From Acidimicrobiia bacterium (GTDB lineage: Bacteria; Actinomycetota; Acidimicrobiia; Spongiisociales; ZC4RG35): 64,000 nt of DNA. Both the position numbers and the translations under genes were made by a program. Below are positions 61,148 to 64,000 of the stretch, piece by piece. The stretch lies in NCBI GenBank assembly GCA_035249605.1, contig DATFGI010000028.1:4616-68615 (forward strand), written 5' to 3'. Numbering within the stretch: position 1 is the first letter of the stretch; every line of letters starts with the position of its first letter. Under the pieces are notes generated by a model. That model made no database searches, had not been told where the DNA came from, and saw only the letters and a program-made list of their open reading frames with translations.

Positions 61148-62025
61148 CCCGCCTCTTCGAAGAGACCCGCGACCGATATCAGGGACGCGTCGGCCTGCTG
61201 CCCACTCTGGGCTTTTTCCACGAGGGTCACCTCCGGTTGATGGACATGCTCCGGGAGCGCTGCGACACACTGGTGGTATCGCTGTTCGTCAACCCCACCC
61301 AGTTCAACCAGACGGAGGACTTCAAGGCCTACCCCAGAGACGAGGAGCGGGACGTGGCGCTGGCGGCCGAGCGTGGCGTCGACATCGTCTTCGCCCCTTC
61401 CGAGGCGGAGGTCTATCCGGGCGAGTCGGTGACAACGGTCGAAGTGATCGGTGTCACCGACGAGATGGAGGGACGGCACCGGCCCGGGCATTTCGTCGGC
61501 GTCGCCACCGTCGTGGCCAAGCTCTTCGCCGGTCTCCAGCCCGATCTTTCCATGTTCGGGCGGAAGGACGCCCAGCAGCTGGCGGTGCTCGAGGCGATGG
61601 TGCGCGACCTCAGGTTCCCCGTCGAGATCGTTGAAGCCCCCGTGATCAGGGAGCCGGACGGGCTCGCCCTGTCCAGCCGCAACGTCAGGCTGAGGAAGGA
61701 GGATCGCTATGCGGCCCTCGCCATCTCCAGGGGCCTGTTCCAGGCCGCAGAGCAGGTCGATGCCGGGGAACGCCGGGGAGAGCGTCTCGAGGCGACCGTG
61801 GAGCGATCGATGAAGCACCTGGAGGTCGACTACGTGAAGTTGGCGTCTCGGCAGACCATGAAAGCGATCGACAAGTTGGACCAACCGGCGGTGCTCGCCG
61901 TCGCCGCCCGTGTCGGGGAGGTCCGGCTCATCGACAACATCGCCTTCGACATCGTCGGGGGCCGTCCTCACCCGGACCGGGGGATCCTCCTCGATGAGCC
62001 GAGCATTCTCACCGCCCTGCCATGA
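61138..62025 (+). CDS. panC: Pantoate-beta-alanine ligase.
   Basis: PTLGFFHEGHLRLM (HIGH-like), FVNPTQF, GHFVGVATVV and FGRKDAQQ. Confidence 0.9.
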   Translation: MEVTRLFEETRDRYQGRVGLLPTLGFFHEGHLRLMDMLRERCDTLVVSLFVNPTQFNQTEDFKAYPRDEERDVALAAERGVDIVFAPSEAEVYPGESVTTVEVIGVTDEMEGRHRPGHFVGVATVVAKLFAGLQPDLSMFGRKDAQQLAVLEAMVRDLRFPVEIVEAPVIREPDGLALSSRNVRLRKEDRYAALAISRGLFQAAEQVDAGERRGERLEATVERSMKHLEVDYVKLASRQTMKAIDKLDQPAVLAVAARVGEVRLIDNIAFDIVGGRPHPDRGILLDEPSILTALP

Positions 62026-62035
62026 TCGTGCCCTG

Positions 62036-63502
62036 ATGAGCGAGAGCGAGGAACGACTCAGCGGGGGTCGCCGCCACAAGCACCAGAGCGTGGTCGAGGC
62101 CGGTGGCTATCCGCACCGCTTCGTGCGGACTCATCTCGCCTCCGACATCCACGAGACCCATGCCGACCTGGGGCCGGCGCAAGAGACCGACGATGTGGTC
62201 ACCGTTGCCGGCCGGCTCATGCTTCATCGCTCCTTCGGCAAGCTCCAGTTCGGCACGCTCCAAGACGTCAGCGGCTCGATCCAACTCTTCGTCGACAGCA
62301 GATCCGCCGGTGAGGAGATCGTGTCGCAGTTCGGTGAACTGGACCTCGGCGACTGGGTGGGTGCCACCGGCAAGGTGATGACGACCAAGCGCGGTGAGCT
62401 CAGCGTCAGAGTCGAGGAGCTCACCCTCCTACAGAAGGCATTGCGGCCGCTACCGGACAAGTGGCATGGTCTGGTCGACACCGAGACCCGGAGCCGCCGA
62501 CGCTACGTCGACCTGATGGTCAACCCCGAGGCGCGGCATACCGCGACCACTCGAGCCAAAGTCGTGTCCGAGCTTCGTCGCCAGTTCGAGTCGCGCGGCT
62601 TTGTCGAGGTGGAGACCCCGGTGCTGCTCACCCAGGCGACGGGTGCGCTGGCCCGGCCTTTTGTGACCCATCACAATGCCCTCGATATCCAGCTGCAGAT
62701 GCGGATTGCCACCGAGCTCTATCTGAAGAGGCTGGTGGTCGGGGGGTTGGAGCGGGTATTCGAGATCGGGAGGATCTTCCGCAACGAGGGGATCGACGCC
62801 ACGCACAATCCCGAGTTCACCATGTTGGAGGCCTATCAGGCCCTCGCTGACTATACGGACATCATGGACCTGGTCGAGGAGGTCATAACTGCGGTCGCCG
62901 TCGCCGCCTTGGGCAGCACCGAGACCACCTATCAGGGGCGGGCCCTGTCGTTCGCGAGTCCCTTCGCTCGGGTGAGATTGACCGACCTGGTGTCGCAGTT
63001 CGTGGGAGAGAGTGTCGATCTGGACACGAATCCGGCGAGACTGAGATCGCTCCTCACCGATCGCGGCGGCGTTGTCGCCGATGAGCCGGCCGCCGGGAAG
63101 CTCCTCTTCGAGCTCTATGAGTTGGCTCTCCGCGAGGTCTGGGATCCCACCTTCGTGATGGACTTTCCGACGGAGATGTCGCCGCTTTCCAGAGAGAGCC
63201 TCGATGACCCCGGGGTGACGGAGAGGTTCGAACTGGTCATCGCCGGATCGGAGTACTGCAACGCCTTCTCCGAGCTGAACGACGCCGATGAGCAACGCTC
63301 CCGATTCGAAGCCCAGGCTGCGGCCAGGGCCGGTGGTGAGGAGGAGGCGCACGTCGTCGACGACGATTACATCGAGGCCTTGGAGTACGGGCTGCCCCCC
63401 ACCGGCGGTCTCGGGATCGGAGTCGATCGGCTGGTCATGCTCCTCACCGACCAGTCCCACATCCGCGAGGTGATCCTCTTCCCCACGCTCCGCCCGACCT
63501 GA
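62036..63502 (+). CDS. lysS: Lysine-tRNA ligase (class II).
   Basis: OB-fold N-domain (VTVAGRLMLHRSFGKLQFGTLQD) and class II motifs (FVEVETPVL; RVFEIGRIFRNEG; GLGIGVDRLVMLL). Start reset to ATG 62036. Confidence 0.95.
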   Translation: MSESEERLSGGRRHKHQSVVEAGGYPHRFVRTHLASDIHETHADLGPAQETDDVVTVAGRLMLHRSFGKLQFGTLQDVSGSIQLFVDSRSAGEEIVSQFGELDLGDWVGATGKVMTTKRGELSVRVEELTLLQKALRPLPDKWHGLVDTETRSRRRYVDLMVNPEARHTATTRAKVVSELRRQFESRGFVEVETPVLLTQATGALARPFVTHHNALDIQLQMRIATELYLKRLVVGGLERVFEIGRIFRNEGIDATHNPEFTMLEAYQALADYTDIMDLVEEVITAVAVAALGSTETTYQGRALSFASPFARVRLTDLVSQFVGESVDLDTNPARLRSLLTDRGGVVADEPAAGKLLFELYELALREVWDPTFVMDFPTEMSPLSRESLDDPGVTERFELVIAGSEYCNAFSELNDADEQRSRFEAQAAARAGGEEEAHVVDDDYIEALEYGLPPTGGLGIGVDRLVMLLTDQSHIREVILFPTLRPT

Positions 63503-63503
63503 G

Positions 63504-63556
63504 CCGTTCTGTGACGATCCAAGGCGCCCCGTGCGCCATGGATCCGCACAGAACGG
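63504..63556. terminator. Long compound hairpin between convergent lysS and the polyprenyl synthase gene.
   Basis: CCGTTCTGTG-AC-GATCCAAGGCGC-CCCGT-GCGCCATGGATC-CG-CACAGAACGG. Confidence 0.55.
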
Positions 63557-63558
63557 TG

Positions 63559-64000
63559 CTAAACCCGGGCCGCTTCCACCCGGTCCAGGAGGTAGGAGCC
63601 GAGACGCTCCAGGATCTCGCGGGGCCTGGAAGGGGGGAGTGTGGCCAGGGCCGAGTCGGCGATGGTGAGACGCATGGTGGCCGTCTCCAGGGCGGCGTCG
63701 ACGTGGCCGCCCTGACGGACCAGGCGGATCACCTCGAGGACTGTTCGGTCGTCGTAGGGACGACCGCTGGAGAGCAGGTCGCTCACCTGTTCGCCGTCGG
63801 GCCCGGCGACGGCACGCAGCACCGGCGCGGTGAAGGTCCCCTCACGGATGTCGGATCCGGCGGGCTTTCCGATCGTCTCCTCGTCGGCCACGAGATCGAG
63901 GGCGTCGTCGGCGATCTGAAAGACCATGCCGACCTCCCAGGCCCAGGTCGACAAGGCCTCCACCACCTCCTTGCTCGCGTCGGCGGCCATCGCTCCCAGC
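63559..64000 (-). CDS. Polyprenyl diphosphate synthase (trans-IPPS family). C-terminal part only; the 5' end lies outside the window.
   Basis: Second Asp-rich motif FQIADDALD followed by GKPAGSDIREG. The ORF runs off the right edge. Confidence 0.85.
   Translation of the reverse strand, partial: LGAMAADASKEVVEALSTWAWEVGMVFQIADDALDLVADEETIGKPAGSDIREGTFTAPVLRAVAGPDGEQVSDLLSSGRPYDDRTVLEVIRLVRQGGHVDAALETATMRLTIADSALATLPPSRPREILERLGSYLLDRVEAARV

Noticed and set aside
61048-63460. Antisense ORFs 61048-62079 (343 aa) and 62450-63460 (336 aa).
   Set aside because: They lie opposite panC and lysS, which have unambiguous class motifs. These are high-G+C artefacts.
1-64000. CRISPR arrays, transposases, integrases, prophage or plasmid genes, rRNA, and selenoprotein genes with in-frame UGA.
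   Set aside because: I looked for spaced direct repeats, IS-type ORFs, integrases next to the two tRNAs, and same-frame ORF pairs split by a single TGA. I found none.

Overview
This is a densely packed, high-G+C chromosomal segment of actinobacterial type. Assigning it to a deep-branching or Acidimicrobiia-like lineage is inference only. I call about 75 protein-coding genes and two tRNAs. I see no rRNA, CRISPR array, transposase, integrase or prophage genes.

Gene content is mostly housekeeping. From about 36 kb to 63.5 kb the gene order matches, from memory, the Mycobacterium tuberculosis Rv3598c-Rv3661 neighbourhood:
- HAD-IB hydrolase, then a Tad-like 'helicase/secretion neighbourhood' locus
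- topA and holB
- sigH-rshA
- DUF2342 protease, tilS, hpt, ftsH
- folE-folP-folB-folK, DUF2520, panC, lysS

The left half carries maeB, an FNR-like reductase, a cysteine-synthase-like enzyme, ctaA, soxR, pspA, an RpoD-family sigma factor, a large HerA-like ATPase, a heterodimeric ABC exporter, a fused E1 dehydrogenase, hisC, an MMPL transporter, HU and ispD.

Many start codons sit 6-8 nt after a TANNNT hexamer (often TAGCTT), which suggests widespread leaderless transcription. Several ORF-track entries are 5'-extended or antisense artefacts of the high G+C content, so I re-set those starts.

I do not see a clearly self-contained, obviously novel multi-gene system such as a defence island. The points most worth a second look are:
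- an orphan tRNA-Sec (selC)
- an unexplained 290-nt convergent intergenic region with a perfect 12-nt anti-SD complement
- a SigH/SigR-type promoter in front of the RpoD-family sigma gene
- a family of long palindromes with conserved GCGTGTGCA arms at convergent gene junctions
- an orphan 812-aa HerA-like ATPase
- a Tad-like locus with a P-loop-less CpaE/Ssd-like protein
- a small-ORF / RHH / DUF4097 operon with a dense operator-like repeat array
- an 18-nt element shared by the hpt and folE upstream regions
- two oddities in the folate operon: a cysteine-less phosphatase-fold gene translationally embedded between folP and folB, and folK fused to an ICMT-like membrane methyltransferase domain

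All family assignments come from reading the translations. No database search was run.
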